A stretch of 64,000 bases of DNA from contig OZ251539.1 of NCBI GenBank assembly GCA_965243135.1, positions 2,112,001 through 2,176,000 of the forward strand. The letters run 5' to 3'. The DNA is from Alphaproteobacteria bacterium (GTDB lineage Bacteria > Pseudomonadota > Alphaproteobacteria > MPNO01 > UBA830). The translations under genes and the position numbers were made by a program. Below, in pieces: positions 10,084 through 20,704 of this stretch; position 1 is the first letter of the stretch, and every line of letters begins with the position of its first letter. The notes below the pieces were generated by a model. The model worked only from the letters and a program-made list of their open reading frames with translations. It was not told the origin of the DNA and ran no database searches.

Positions 10084-10887
10084 TCACGTCCGCCATTTCA
10101 GCAGCGCGCGTTCGGCGCGCCCGATCAGCCAGTTAACGGACAATCCCATCACGGAGAGTATGGCGACCCCGGCGACCAGTTCGTCGGTCGCCATCAGACT
10201 GCCCGCGAGGAGCACGTAGGCGCCGACGCCGAATTCGGCGCCGATCATTTCGGCGGCGACGAGCAGCACGATCGCGATCGCGGCCGATATCCTGAACCCC
10301 GGCAGGATCGCCGGCATCGCGCCGGGCAGGATGATCTTGCGCACGATCGACAACCAGGACAGGCCGAAGGACTGCCCCATTCGAATCAGGCCCCTGTCCA
10401 CGTTGTCCACGCCGCCGTAGGTCGCGACCACGGTCGGGAAGAAAGTGCCGAAAAGAATCGTCGCGATCTTCGACCCCTCGCCGATGCCGAACCAGATGAT
10501 GAACAGCGGCAACAAGGCGATCTTCGGTATCGGGAAGATCGCGGCGACGATCGGCGCCATTCCGGCGCGGGCCAGAGAGAACAATCCGATGCAAAAGCCG
10601 ACCGCGATCCCGAGAACGGTCCCGAGCGTCCAGCCGACGATCAGCCGTTGCAGCGACGCCCCGACATGCTTCCAGAACAGTCCGCTCTCGAATAGATCGA
10701 CGAGAGCGGCCAGAACCAGCGACGGCGGCGGCAGCGCCAGCGGCGGTATGAAGCCGGTGCGCGACCCCGTTTCCCACAACGCCACGGCGCAAAAAAAGAC
10801 CAGGGGCCCGACGACGCCGAGCGGCCTGGGAGAAAAACCGCCCCCCCGAAACGGAATCGGCCGGCCGCGCGCCGTTCGACTATCCAT
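10084..10887 (-). CDS. ABC transporter permease (NitT/TauT/SsuC family)
   Basis: PIPKIALLPL, WFGIGE, LVAAEMIGA motifs. Confidence 0.9.
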   Translation of the reverse strand: MDSRTARGRPIPFRGGGFSPRPLGVVGPLVFFCAVALWETGSRTGFIPPLALPPPSLVLAALVDLFESGLFWKHVGASLQRLIVGWTLGTVLGIAVGFCIGLFSLARAGMAPIVAAIFPIPKIALLPLFIIWFGIGEGSKIATILFGTFFPTVVATYGGVDNVDRGLIRMGQSFGLSWLSIVRKIILPGAMPAILPGFRISAAIAIVLLVAAEMIGAEFGVGAYVLLAGSLMATDELVAGVAILSVMGLSVNWLIGRAERALLKWRT

Positions 10888-11647
10888 CCACCAGCTCCAT
10901 CTCCGCGGCCTGAGCCTCGTCCCGGATCAGCCGCCAAAGTCGCCGCTGGTGCTCTTCGAGTTCGGCCCCGCAAGCTGCGCGGCGGTCGAGAGGGATGTCG
11001 ATTTCCAGAATCTCCCGAACCGCGCCCGGCCGGCGCGACAGAACGATCACCCGGTGGCCGAGGCGCACCGCCTCCTGAAGATTGTGGGTGATGTAGACGG
11101 CGGAGAAGCGTTCGCGCGCCCAGAGTTCGATCAGATCGTCCATCAACAGTTCGCGGGTCTGGGCGTCCAGCGCCGAGAGCGGCTCGTCCATCAGCAGAAA
11201 GGCGGGCGAAACGGCCAGGGCGCGGGCGATGGCCACCCGCTGCTTCATGCCGCCCGAAAGTTGCCTGGGCAGCGCCTTCCGGAACTCCGAGAGCTTGGTG
11301 CGGGAAAGCACGTCGCTCACGATCCGCTCCGCCTCTTCCCGCCCGATCGGGTGATCCTCGAGAACCAGGCGGACGTTGCCCTCCACGGACCGCCAGGGCA
11401 GCAACGCGAAGTCCTGGAAGATGTAGGTGAGCGGATTGAGGGAATCCGGAGGCGGGTCGCCGATCTGGAAGATGCTGCCCGCCTCCGGGCGTTCGAGTCC
11501 GCCGATCAGGCGAAGCAGCGTCGACTTGCCGCAACCGGAAGGCCCGACGATGCACGCGATGCGGCCGGCCGGGATCGAAAGGTCGATCCCCCGCAACACC
11601 TCGACGTCGCCGTAAGCGTGGCGGAGGCCGGCGAGGCGCAACTCCAC
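10880..11647 (-). CDS. ABC transporter ATP-binding protein (NitT/TauT family)
   Basis: GPSGCGKS, LSGGMKQR, LLMDEP. Confidence 0.93.
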   Translation of the reverse strand: MELRLAGLRHAYGDVEVLRGIDLSIPAGRIACIVGPSGCGKSTLLRLIGGLERPEAGSIFQIGDPPPDSLNPLTYIFQDFALLPWRSVEGNVRLVLEDHPIGREEAERIVSDVLSRTKLSEFRKALPRQLSGGMKQRVAIARALAVSPAFLLMDEPLSALDAQTRELLMDDLIELWARERFSAVYITHNLQEAVRLGHRVIVLSRRPGAVREILEIDIPLDRRAACGAELEEHQRRLWRLIRDEAQAAEMELVDG

Positions 11648-11666
11648 CCGCGCGGCCTCCTCCCGG

Positions 11667-12701
11667 TCAGTAGGTCTCCACGTAGCTCTTGTCGACCAAC
11701 TTGTCGATGCCGATGTCGCCCTTGACCAGGCCCTCGGCCTTGAACCAGTCGAGTTGCGCCTGAACGTTCGAGACGTTCAGTTTGGCGTTCTCGTTGAGGC
11801 GCATCGCGCCGTTCCGAATCGACGGAGCGGCTTTTTCGTAGGGTCGGCTGCTGTAGACGTATTTGTGAATGAGCTTGACCGTCGCTTCGGCGGCGGCCTC
11901 GCCGGCCGTCTTGTCCACGAGCGCCGCGTTGAAGTCGGCCGCGCCGCGCGAAAAGGCCGCGAGAAACTTCCTGGTCCGCTCTCGTTCGTCGGCGGCCGTC
12001 TTCGCCGAAGTGAAAACGACCGTGACCTGGTAGTCGGGCGCGTAATCGCTGATCCAGCCGATAACGTGGACGTTGCCCTTGGCGAGCGCCTTGGCGATAT
12101 GGGGCACGATGGCCCAGGCGTCGATCTGGCCGGACTTCAGAGCGCCCACGATCGCCCCGACCTTCTGCAGCGGCCGCAGCTTGATGCTGTTCATCGGAAT
12201 GCCTTCCTTGGCGGCGATGCGCGCCGCCATGTAGTGAAAGGACGATCCTGTCTGGGTGATCCCGAAACTGCGGCCTCCGAGCTTGGCCGGCGAGGTCAGG
12301 CCCGCCTTGAACGCCGCGTCCGACGCGAGGATCGCCGACCCGTCGATGCCTTTCTCCTCGTGAAGCGCGCCGCCGATCACCTTGATCGCGCCCTTGTCGG
12401 CGAGATTGATCAGGCCGCCCGTAATCGCAGTGACGCCGTAGTCGATATCGCCGGAAGCGATGGCGACCGCCATTGGAGCCGCCGCCTGGAAGAACTTGAA
12501 CTCGACGTCGAGTCCGGCTTCCTTGAAGTAACCCTTCTCGTAGGCGACGAAGCTGGCGGCATGCGACGTGAAGCGCAGCGCGCCCACCCGGGTCTTGTCG
12601 TCGGCGCTCGCCGCGTTCGCCGCGCCCGCCAGCGAGGCCGCGCCGGCCAGCGCCGCAAGAAACAGGCGCCGAATGACGGCGCCGGACATATTGACTCGCA
12701 T
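11667..12701 (-). CDS. ABC transporter substrate-binding protein (NitT/TauT/SsuA-like)
   Basis: Signal peptide, KGYFKEAGLDVE motif, operon with permease/ATPase; start uncertain. Confidence 0.85.
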   Translation of the reverse strand: MRVNMSGAVIRRLFLAALAGAASLAGAANAASADDKTRVGALRFTSHAASFVAYEKGYFKEAGLDVEFKFFQAAAPMAVAIASGDIDYGVTAITGGLINLADKGAIKVIGGALHEEKGIDGSAILASDAAFKAGLTSPAKLGGRSFGITQTGSSFHYMAARIAAKEGIPMNSIKLRPLQKVGAIVGALKSGQIDAWAIVPHIAKALAKGNVHVIGWISDYAPDYQVTVVFTSAKTAADERERTRKFLAAFSRGAADFNAALVDKTAGEAAAEATVKLIHKYVYSSRPYEKAAPSIRNGAMRLNENAKLNVSNVQAQLDWFKAEGLVKGDIGIDKLVDKSYVETY

Positions 12702-12853
12702 CGATCAGGATCTCCTCGTTCGTTGGTCGCCGCATAATACACGACTGATCGGAACCGGCGGAACCGGTCTCGCGGCGTTCGCGAAAGCGGGTCGCCCGCG
12801 GCAGCGTCGCGGCGCGCTCGTCGACGGGATCCGTCCCGGGGCGGCGAAACGCT

Positions 12854-14479
12854 TCACGCCGCGGCCGGCCGTCCGAGAATGAGATCCGACGCCTTCTCGG
12901 CGACCATGACCACGACCGCATTGATGTTGCCGCCGACGAGATCCGGAAAGATCGACGCGTCGGCCACCCGAAGATTGCCGACTCCTCGCACGCGCAGTTC
13001 GCCGTCGACCACGGCGCCGTCGTCGTTTCCCATGCGGCAGGTGCTGGCCGGATGATAGACCGTATTCAGCGTCTCGCGCACGAAGGCGTCGACTTCGTCG
13101 TCGCTTTCCGCGTCGTCGCCCGGCGCTAGCTCCCGGCCGCGCACCCCGTCGAAAGCGGGCTGACGGGCGAGCTTGCGAATGACGCGGAAGCTTTCGCGCT
13201 GCACGAACCGGTCGGTTTCCGTCGACAGAAAATTGTTGCGAATGCGGACGGGCTCGAGCGGATCCGCGGAACTCAACCGCACGGCGCCGCGACTCTCGGG
13301 ACGCAGATGACAGGTGCGGAACGCGAAAGATTCCGCAACGGGCGGTCTGATCAGCGGAAACCACTCGCGCGCGGTCACCGCCACCGGCCGGAAGAACATC
13401 TGTATGTCGGGCAGTTCGAGATCCGGCCTGCTCTTGAAGAACCCGGTCAGGGACGACGGCGGCGTCGCGACCCGGCCCGTTCCGAACAGGCGCGCGCGAA
13501 GGGCGTGCAACGCAAGGCGGTCCATTCGCAGGTCGCGATGGAAACGGGAGGGCGTCGCGTATTCGTACTCCACTCCGATGGACGGGTGATCCTGCAAATT
13601 GCCGCCGACCTCGCCGCGGTCGCAGGCGACCTCCACGCCAATCTCCGCGAGGTGGTCGCCGGGGCCGATCCCGGACAGCATCAGCACCTGCGGCGAGTTG
13701 ATCGCGCCGCCTGCCAGCACGACCTCGCGCAGCGCCCGGACGCGATGCGTTTCTCCGTCGCGGCGGTATTCCACGCCGACCGCGCGTCCCTCCTCGAACA
13801 GGATCCTCGTGACGTGGGCGCGAACTTCCAGTTCGAGATTGGAGCGCTGCATCGCCGGATGAAGATAGGCGACTGCGGCGCTCTGCCGCCGTCCGCGGTG
13901 AACGTTGATCTGAAGCCGGGCGAAGCCCTCCTGCACGGCGCCGTTGTAGTCGGGCGTTTCCGGATACCCGGCCGAGCTGATCGCGTCGAAAAGCGTATCG
14001 ACGATCGGATCCGCAATGTCCGTGGTTCGAATTTTCCAGGGTCCGTCCGCGCCGTGGTAAGGGTCGTTCTTGTCTTCGAACGATTCCGCCCGCTTGAAAT
14101 ACGGAAGCACGTCGTCGTACGACCAGCCCGCCAGCCCCATCTGCCGCCAGCGGTCGAAATCGCCGCGGTTTCCGCGAACGTAAGCCATCATGTTTATGGA
14201 GGAGCCGCCGCCGAGAACCTTGCCGCGCGGATGGAAAACCCGGCGCCCGCCAAGCGTCGGCTCCGGCTCCGACATGTAGGACCAGTTGAAACGCGGATCG
14301 TTCCATACCTTCCCGACGCCGAGCGGCATGTGGATCATCATGCTGGAATCCCGATCGCCGGCCTCCAGCACGAGAACGCGGCTGGCGCCGTCTTCGGTCA
14401 GCCTGTTGGCCAAAACGCAGCCGGCAGTGCCGGCTCCGACGACCACGAAATCGCAGGTACGGATGTTTCTTCCTCCCAA
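12854..14479 (-). CDS. GMC family oxidoreductase (choline dehydrogenase-like)
   Basis: VVVGAGTAG, RGKVLGGGSSIN, NLQDH, YHPASTCRMG, GNIN; TTG start approximate. Confidence 0.88.
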   Translation of the reverse strand: MGGRNIRTCDFVVVGAGTAGCVLANRLTEDGASRVLVLEAGDRDSSMMIHMPLGVGKVWNDPRFNWSYMSEPEPTLGGRRVFHPRGKVLGGGSSINMMAYVRGNRGDFDRWRQMGLAGWSYDDVLPYFKRAESFEDKNDPYHGADGPWKIRTTDIADPIVDTLFDAISSAGYPETPDYNGAVQEGFARLQINVHRGRRQSAAVAYLHPAMQRSNLELEVRAHVTRILFEEGRAVGVEYRRDGETHRVRALREVVLAGGAINSPQVLMLSGIGPGDHLAEIGVEVACDRGEVGGNLQDHPSIGVEYEYATPSRFHRDLRMDRLALHALRARLFGTGRVATPPSSLTGFFKSRPDLELPDIQMFFRPVAVTAREWFPLIRPPVAESFAFRTCHLRPESRGAVRLSSADPLEPVRIRNNFLSTETDRFVQRESFRVIRKLARQPAFDGVRGRELAPGDDAESDDEVDAFVRETLNTVYHPASTCRMGNDDGAVVDGELRVRGVGNLRVADASIFPDLVGGNINAVVVMVAEKASDLILGRPAAA

Positions 14480-14958
14480 TCGTCCCGGCCTCGCGGCCGG
14501 CGCCGAACGTTTCGGGCGCGCCGGGGCGTTCCCTGCTCCGCTTTCCGCGGAAGGGCGGACCGGAAAACCCGTTCGGCATCTTATGCGAGTACGCCGGAGA
14601 CCGCCATAGACCGCCCGAAAGCGCATTGGCCCGCCGACGAAAATCAATCCGGACACCGCCGTCTCCGGCCGCGACGTCCTGCCGAAGCCATGGCGGCTCT
14701 CGGCGAACTCGTCCGCGCCGGCCGGCGCCAGGCCGCCGCGCGCGGCGCCGCGAAACAATTCGCGGAAACGGGTCTGCGCGAATCGCGAGGACTCCCGGTC
14801 ATTCGTCAGGCAAACCGACATTGTGCCCGGCTTCGCGAACGGACCTCGGTTTCGCGCACCGCGAGCAGGGGACGCCTTGTCCGGCAGGAAAACGGACGCC
14901 AGGAGCGGAGAACCGCCATTCCGGACCGAGATCGCCCGGACTTTTCGGCAGGGAGTGC

Positions 14959-15035
14959 TGGCGCGCCCGGAAGGATTCGAACCCTCGACCTGCGGATTAG
15001 AAGTCCGCCGCTCTATCCGGCTGAGCTACGGGCGC
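14959..15035 (-). tRNA. tRNA-Arg(TCT)
   Basis: Reverse complement GCGCCCGTAGCTCAG...GCGGA-CTTCTAA-TCCGC...GGTTCGAATCC...GGGCGCGCCA, 77 nt, encoded CCA. Confidence 0.97.
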
Positions 15036-15433
15036 AAGAAGCCATCGCATCGTAGCACAGTCGCGTCCGCCCGGCGAGCGCGGAGCGGCGGCATGCGCCC
15101 GGTCAGCCCGGCTTCGCGGCGCTTCGCCCGCCTGTCCGGGACGGTCCCGGCGGCGAAAGCCGCAATAACGGCGACGCGCGACGTCTCGAACGAGAGGTTC
15201 GGGCAAACGGAAGGACGCGGCCTTCCGCGTCCCGAACGGGAGCGCGAAGTCGCGCGATTCCGGAAAACGGTTCGACCGGCAGTCGGCATGCGCGCCTGTC
15301 GACTGTCGAGAAAGAAACTGCGAACCGTCGGTCGCAGGCGCCCCGGCCGCGTCCGGGCGCGAAACCGGGGATTTCGGCGCGGACGAGCTTTTTCCGGTAC
15401 GATGCGCAACCATGGCATGAGGAGAAGGCGAAA

Positions 15434-16195
15434 ATGGCGGGACGGCTCGAGGGCAAGCTTGCGTTGATCGCGGGCGGCGGCGGCGGCATCGGCGGCGCGA
15501 CGGCGCGGCGCTTCCGCGCGGAGGGAGCCGGCGTCGGCATCCTCGACGCGAACCGGGAAGCGGCGGAACGGACGGCGGCCTCCTTGCCGGACGGAAACGG
15601 CGCGGTCTTCGCGCTGGACGCCGATATCGGCGATCCGGACGCGGCCAGGGCCGCCGTCGACCGCGCGGCCTCGGAACTCGGCGGCCTCGACATCGTCGTT
15701 CACTCGGCGGCGGCGCGCGAACCGACCGCCACGGTCGAAGAACTGTCCATCGAGGATTGGAACGAGGCGGTGCGCGTCAATCTCACCAGCATGTTTTTGC
15801 TCTGCAAGTTCGCGCTTCCGCATCTGCGCGCCCGGGGCGGCGGCGTGATCGTCAACATCGCGTCCCAGTTCGGCAGCGTGGCGACCGCGGGGAGGCCCGC
15901 CTATCACGCGACGAAGGGCGCGGCGATCCAGCTGACCAGGGCCATCGCCGTGGAGAACGCCGCCCGCAACGTCCGGGCGGTCACCGTTTCGCCGGGCGCG
16001 GTCGAGACCGACCGCCTGCTGGCGCGGCACAAGACCTTCGAGAAAGTCCGCGAGCGGCTCGTCCCCAACCATCCGATCGGGCGGCTCGGCCAACCGGAGG
16101 AAATCGCCGCCGCCGTGCTGTTCGCCGCCAGCGACGACGCTTCCTTCATGACCGGTTCCGACCTGATCGTCGACGGCGGCTACACCGCCGTCTGA
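15434..16195 (+). CDS. SDR family oxidoreductase
   Basis: AGGGGGIG, NIASQ, YHATK, GSDLIVDGG. Confidence 0.92.
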   Translation: MAGRLEGKLALIAGGGGGIGGATARRFRAEGAGVGILDANREAAERTAASLPDGNGAVFALDADIGDPDAARAAVDRAASELGGLDIVVHSAAAREPTATVEELSIEDWNEAVRVNLTSMFLLCKFALPHLRARGGGVIVNIASQFGSVATAGRPAYHATKGAAIQLTRAIAVENAARNVRAVTVSPGAVETDRLLARHKTFEKVRERLVPNHPIGRLGQPEEIAAAVLFAASDDASFMTGSDLIVDGGYTAV

Positions 16196-16230
16196 CCGAG
16201 CCGTCGCGCCGCTCCGGACGCAAGCGGCGC

Positions 16231-18162
16231 TCAGGTGAGGAAGAGACTGATCTCGGGAACGACGATCAACAGGACGGTGACCGCCAACATGACCGCCGCG
16301 AACGGAGCCGCGCCGAGAAAGATCTGGTTGAGCGTGATCCGGTCGTCGTTGAGCGTCGACTTGACCACGTAGCACGTGATGCCGAGGGGCGGCGTCAACA
16401 GCCCGATCTCGACCGCGATCACGGTCACGATGCCGAACCAGATGGGATCCCCTCCGAACTGAGCCAGCACCGGAAGCGCCAGCGGCAGAATGATCAGCAT
16501 GATCGAGATCGAGTCGAGGATCATGCCGAGGAGGATCAGCACGACGACGTAGAGCGCGACGAACCCGGCGAAACCGAGGCCGATCGCCCCGATGAACTCC
16601 GCCATCTGCTGCGGCAGCCCGGAAAGCGCCAGCATTCGGGCGTAGATGTTGGCGGCCAGTATGAGAAACAGGATCGAGACCGAGATGTGGCCTGTCTCGA
16701 TCACGACGTCCCGCAACGCTTTCCAGTCGAGGCGCCGCTTCGCCAGTCCGATGACCAGCGCGCCGGCCGCGCCGGCCGCGCCGGCTTCCGTCGGCGTGAA
16801 AATGCCGCCGTAGATGCCGCCGATGACGAGCGCGACGAGCAGAACGATCGGAAACAGTTTGAGAAACGCCGACAGGACCGATTCGTCGTCGGCGGCGGCG
16901 TCCCGTCCCGCGGCCGCGTCCCCGACCCATCCCGGGCGCCATCTGGCCATGCCGAGTATCAGCAGCGCGAAGGCGCCGGAAAGCAGCAACCCGGGAACGA
17001 CCGCCGCGATGAACAGGATGCCGACGGACTGCTCCGCCAGAAACCCGTAGACGATCAGAAGCAGGCTCGGCGGGATGAGCATCCCGAGAACGGACGATCC
17101 GGCGACGACGCCGACCGAAAACCGCGGGGTGTAGCCGTGGGACAGCATCTCCGGGGTGGCGACCCGGGTGAAGACGGCGGCCGACGCGATCGACGAACCG
17201 GTGATGGCGGCGAACACGGCGTTGGCCGCGACGGTCGCTATTCCCAGGCCGCCTTTCACGCGCCGCAGCGCCCAGCGGGCGACCTGGAACGTCTCCTTGC
17301 CGACGTTCGACGCGCTGACCAGCAATCCCATAAGAACGAAGAGCGGCACCACCCCGAAGAAATAGTTTCTCAGATATTCCGACGCGGCGAGCGCCAGCGT
17401 CCGCTCGGCGATCAGGGTATCGCCCTTGATCGCCCAGATCCCCGCGAACCCGAGAACGATCAGCGCGAGGCCGATGGGCATCCCCGCATAGATCAGGATC
17501 AGCATGCACAGGACGGACAGGGCCCCGATCTCGGCATTCGCCAGATCGCCGGTCGCGATCAGATAGGCTGCGGCGACGAAGGCCGCGAGCATCGCGAGCC
17601 AGCCCCACCCGGCACCGGCGGTTCCGCGGTTCCCGGCGCTCCGGGCGGCGTCGCGGACGCACCGGATCGCGAACTCGACCGTGGTCGCAGCGGCGCCGGC
17701 GACGATCAACAGCTTGAACGGCCAGATGATGAACGAGAAGTCGCCGGGCACTCCCGCGACCTCGTTTTCCGTCCATGCCTCCACGAACCCGGGCCATACG
17801 CCGGCGGTGATCAGGCCGAAGACGACGGCGCCGACCAGGTTGAAGACGGTCCCGAACGCGTGCCCTGCGAACGGATGGCGCGCCTCGAGCCAGTCGATGA
17901 ACAGCTCGGCGCGAGTGAAGCGGCCCGCCTGCAGGGTGTTGGCGAGCTGCAGATAGACCGTGCCGACGATCGAGTAGCCCACGATCTCCGACACGCCCCG
18001 GATCGGCGCGGAAAACAGGTTCCTCGCCACGATGTCGGCGCAGATGAGGAAAGTCAGGCCGGCGACCCAGAAGGTGCCGGCTCCGTTCATGGCGCGGGTG
18101 AGACCCGCAAACAGCGAAACGGGGCGCCGAAGCGCCCCGCCGCGGACGTCCGGAGAAGCCAC
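16231..18162 (-). CDS. Fused TRAP permease DctQ-DctM
   Basis: N-terminal DctQ-like 4 TM region fused to DctM motifs (TGSSIAS, LIPPS, IGLLTPP). Confidence 0.88.
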   Translation of the reverse strand: MASPDVRGGALRRPVSLFAGLTRAMNGAGTFWVAGLTFLICADIVARNLFSAPIRGVSEIVGYSIVGTVYLQLANTLQAGRFTRAELFIDWLEARHPFAGHAFGTVFNLVGAVVFGLITAGVWPGFVEAWTENEVAGVPGDFSFIIWPFKLLIVAGAAATTVEFAIRCVRDAARSAGNRGTAGAGWGWLAMLAAFVAAAYLIATGDLANAEIGALSVLCMLILIYAGMPIGLALIVLGFAGIWAIKGDTLIAERTLALAASEYLRNYFFGVVPLFVLMGLLVSASNVGKETFQVARWALRRVKGGLGIATVAANAVFAAITGSSIASAAVFTRVATPEMLSHGYTPRFSVGVVAGSSVLGMLIPPSLLLIVYGFLAEQSVGILFIAAVVPGLLLSGAFALLILGMARWRPGWVGDAAAGRDAAADDESVLSAFLKLFPIVLLVALVIGGIYGGIFTPTEAGAAGAAGALVIGLAKRRLDWKALRDVVIETGHISVSILFLILAANIYARMLALSGLPQQMAEFIGAIGLGFAGFVALYVVVLILLGMILDSISIMLIILPLALPVLAQFGGDPIWFGIVTVIAVEIGLLTPPLGITCYVVKSTLNDDRITLNQIFLGAAPFAAVMLAVTVLLIVVPEISLFLT

Positions 18163-18177
18163 GCTTCTCTTGCGGGC

Positions 18178-19245
18178 TTACAGCTCCTTGTCCCAATCGC
18201 GCGCGGGCTTTCCGCCCCGGGCCCGAACGCCGTCCATGAACGCCCTGAGCGTCTCGCCCGCAGGCACGCCCTTCGCCTCGTTGGCCTTCACCCATTCGCC
18301 GGCCACGTTCGGCATGCTTTGCGCCCACTTGCGGCGTTCCGCCGCCGGCAACGTCGAGACGACCGCGCCCTGCCCGGCCATCATCCCGAGAAACTTCTCC
18401 GCGTTCTTGGCGACGATGCCGCTCTGGACCTTCGCGTACTCCTTGCCCAGCTTCGTGAAGATGTCCTGCATGTAAGGCGGCAGCGAGTTCCAGGTGTCCT
18501 TGTTGATGGTCAGCGCGCCGGAAATCGGGCCGCCCATGTCGACGACGGTCACGTACTTTCCGACCTCATGGAGCTTGAACGGCAGCATTCCGGTCGTGAT
18601 GACGATTCCGCCATCGGCGACGCCGGTCTTTATGCCGTTGTAGTAGACCGGCAGCCCGCCGTTGATGCCGACCGCGCCCGTCCCCTTCAGCCAGTTGGCG
18701 ACGGCGCCGGGGGTGTAGAGCTTCTTTCCCTTGAGATCGGCCATCGACTTCAGCGGAAACTTGCTCACCACGTTATAGGTGTCGGCGACCTGAACGCCCA
18801 GATACACTTGGTTGTACTTGTCCCAGGCCGCGTTCAGCGCGGGAACCTTCGCGTGAAGTTCCTCGCCGACCTCGACCAGCGCCTCGACGTCGCCGGTCGC
18901 GAAGGGGGCGTAGAAGGTGACGTTCATCAGCGGCATCTTCACCGGTTCCCAAAGCGTGCCGACCCACCCGATGTCGGCAAGCCCGTTCTCGATCCCCTCG
19001 AGGGTGTTCTTGAAGTTGTACAGGGCTCCCGCGTAGGCCTCCGTCCACTGGATGCTGTCGCCCTTCCCCATGGCTGCGACGCGCTTCGCCGATTCCGGCA
19101 CCACGAGCGTCTTGATCGTCGCGACCCAGGGAACGATCGGAGGATGGCTGGATCCCGCGGTCAGCTTGTACACCTTCGCCGTCGCGGGCGTCAGCCCCGC
19201 GGCCACCACGGTCGCCGCGATCGCGACGCCTACGGAAATTTTCAT
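18178..19245 (-). CDS. TRAP transporter substrate-binding protein (DctP family)
   Basis: Signal peptide MKISVGVAIAA after GGAG RBS; DLKGKKL; adjacent to fused permease. Confidence 0.85.
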   Translation of the reverse strand: MKISVGVAIAATVVAAGLTPATAKVYKLTAGSSHPPIVPWVATIKTLVVPESAKRVAAMGKGDSIQWTEAYAGALYNFKNTLEGIENGLADIGWVGTLWEPVKMPLMNVTFYAPFATGDVEALVEVGEELHAKVPALNAAWDKYNQVYLGVQVADTYNVVSKFPLKSMADLKGKKLYTPGAVANWLKGTGAVGINGGLPVYYNGIKTGVADGGIVITTGMLPFKLHEVGKYVTVVDMGGPISGALTINKDTWNSLPPYMQDIFTKLGKEYAKVQSGIVAKNAEKFLGMMAGQGAVVSTLPAAERRKWAQSMPNVAGEWVKANEAKGVPAGETLRAFMDGVRARGGKPARDWDKEL

Positions 19246-19354
19246 GGAATCGTCTCCTTCCTGTAAGATCGTTCGAACGCTTGTACAGAAATGCCGCGCC
19301 GCGATCATCGTTTTTGCGAGCGCAACGCCAACCACCTGACGGGACCCGAACGAC

Positions 19355-20704
19355 ATGGGAAGAATACTAATCAAGGGCGGCGCAGTTGTCACGATGGACA
19401 GCGAGATCGGCGATTTCGACAAGGCCGACGTCCTCGTCGACGGCGAAGCGATCCGGAAGATCGGAAAGAGGATTCGCGCGTCCGACGCCAAGGTGATCGA
19501 CGCTTCCGGCAAGATCGTCATGCCCGGACTGGTGAACGCTCACCTTCATACCTGGCAGACGGGGATACGCGGCATCGCCGGCAACTGGTCGATCCCGGAA
19601 TACTTGCACCGGATGCACGCCGCGATCGCGCCGCGTTACACCGCGCAGGACACCTATCTCGGCAACCTCGTCGGCGCGCTCAACCAGATTTCCGCGGGCG
19701 CGACGACGATCTTCGACTGGTGCCACAACAACGCGACCCCGGCTCACACGGACGCGGCGATCGCGGGCCTTCGAGAAGCGGGCATCCGCGCCGTCTTCGG
19801 CCACGGCTCTCCCAAGCCCGACGCGGCCGAGGGCGCGGCGCCCTTCACCCACGTGCCGCACCCGCGCTCGGAACTGGAGCGGCTGCGGAAGACCGAGTTC
19901 GTCGGCGACGACGGCCTGATAACGCTCGCCATGGCGGCTCTGGGCGTCGACTTTTCCGTCTGGGAGGTCGTCGAGCACGACTTCCGCCTTGCCGAAGAGC
20001 TCGATCTCATGATCAGCGCCCATGTCTGGGGCGCCCCGAACCGCCTCAATCCGGACGGATACGCCAAGCTGTCCGCGCTCGGACTGCTCACGGCCCGCCA
20101 CAACATGGTGCACGGAAACTACCTTTCGGACGACGAACTGAAGCTGGTGGTCGATTCCGGCGCCTCGGTCACCGTCACGCCCGAAGTGGAGCTGCAGATG
20201 GGCCACGGAACGCCGCTGACGGGCCGGCTGCGGGCGCTGGGCGCGCGGCCGTCGCTCGGCGTCGACGTCGAATCCAACATATCCGGCGACATGTTCACGG
20301 TGATGCGCATGGCGCTGCAGCCGCAGCGCCAGCTCGACAACCGGGAGGCCGCGGCGCGAACCGGCGCCCCGGTCGCGACGCTATCCGTCTCTCCCCGCGA
20401 GGCGCTGGAATGGGCGACCATCGATTCGGCGAGGGCGCTCGGGCTGGACCGGAAGACCGGCTCGCTGACGCCCGGAAAGCAGGCCGACATCGTCATGCTG
20501 AACGCGCGGGACCTGAACCTGTTTCCCGTGCACGACCCGATCCAGTCCATCGTTTTCCAAGCCAACGGCGGCAACGTCGACACCGTCATGGTCGCGGGCC
20601 GGATCCGGAAGCGGAACCGGAGGCTGACCTATCGCAAACTGGACGAAAAGATGGACCAGTTGGCGCGGTCCGGGCGACGAATTCTCAGAAGCGTCGCCGC
20701 CTGA
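19355..20704 (+). CDS. Metal-dependent amidohydrolase (AtzA/SsnA-like)
   Basis: PGLVNAHLHTWQ, SAHV, VHGN, LGVD, GSLTPGKQAD. Confidence 0.9.
   Translation: MGRILIKGGAVVTMDSEIGDFDKADVLVDGEAIRKIGKRIRASDAKVIDASGKIVMPGLVNAHLHTWQTGIRGIAGNWSIPEYLHRMHAAIAPRYTAQDTYLGNLVGALNQISAGATTIFDWCHNNATPAHTDAAIAGLREAGIRAVFGHGSPKPDAAEGAAPFTHVPHPRSELERLRKTEFVGDDGLITLAMAALGVDFSVWEVVEHDFRLAEELDLMISAHVWGAPNRLNPDGYAKLSALGLLTARHNMVHGNYLSDDELKLVVDSGASVTVTPEVELQMGHGTPLTGRLRALGARPSLGVDVESNISGDMFTVMRMALQPQRQLDNREAAARTGAPVATLSVSPREALEWATIDSARALGLDRKTGSLTPGKQADIVMLNARDLNLFPVHDPIQSIVFQANGGNVDTVMVAGRIRKRNRRLTYRKLDEKMDQLARSGRRILRSVAA

Noticed and set aside
12854-14479. Assigning betA to the GMC oxidoreductase
   Set aside because: Only general GMC motifs; not adjacent to betC or betB, so substrate is unsupported
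14480-15035. Integrative element at tRNA-Arg
   Set aside because: No integrase and no duplicated tRNA 3' end found in the window
15026-19266. Very long alternative-frame ORFs (e.g. 1100 aa and 1169 aa) and many similar ones across the window
   Set aside because: Arg/Gly/Pro-rich shadow ORFs overlapping recognisable genes, expected in high-GC DNA
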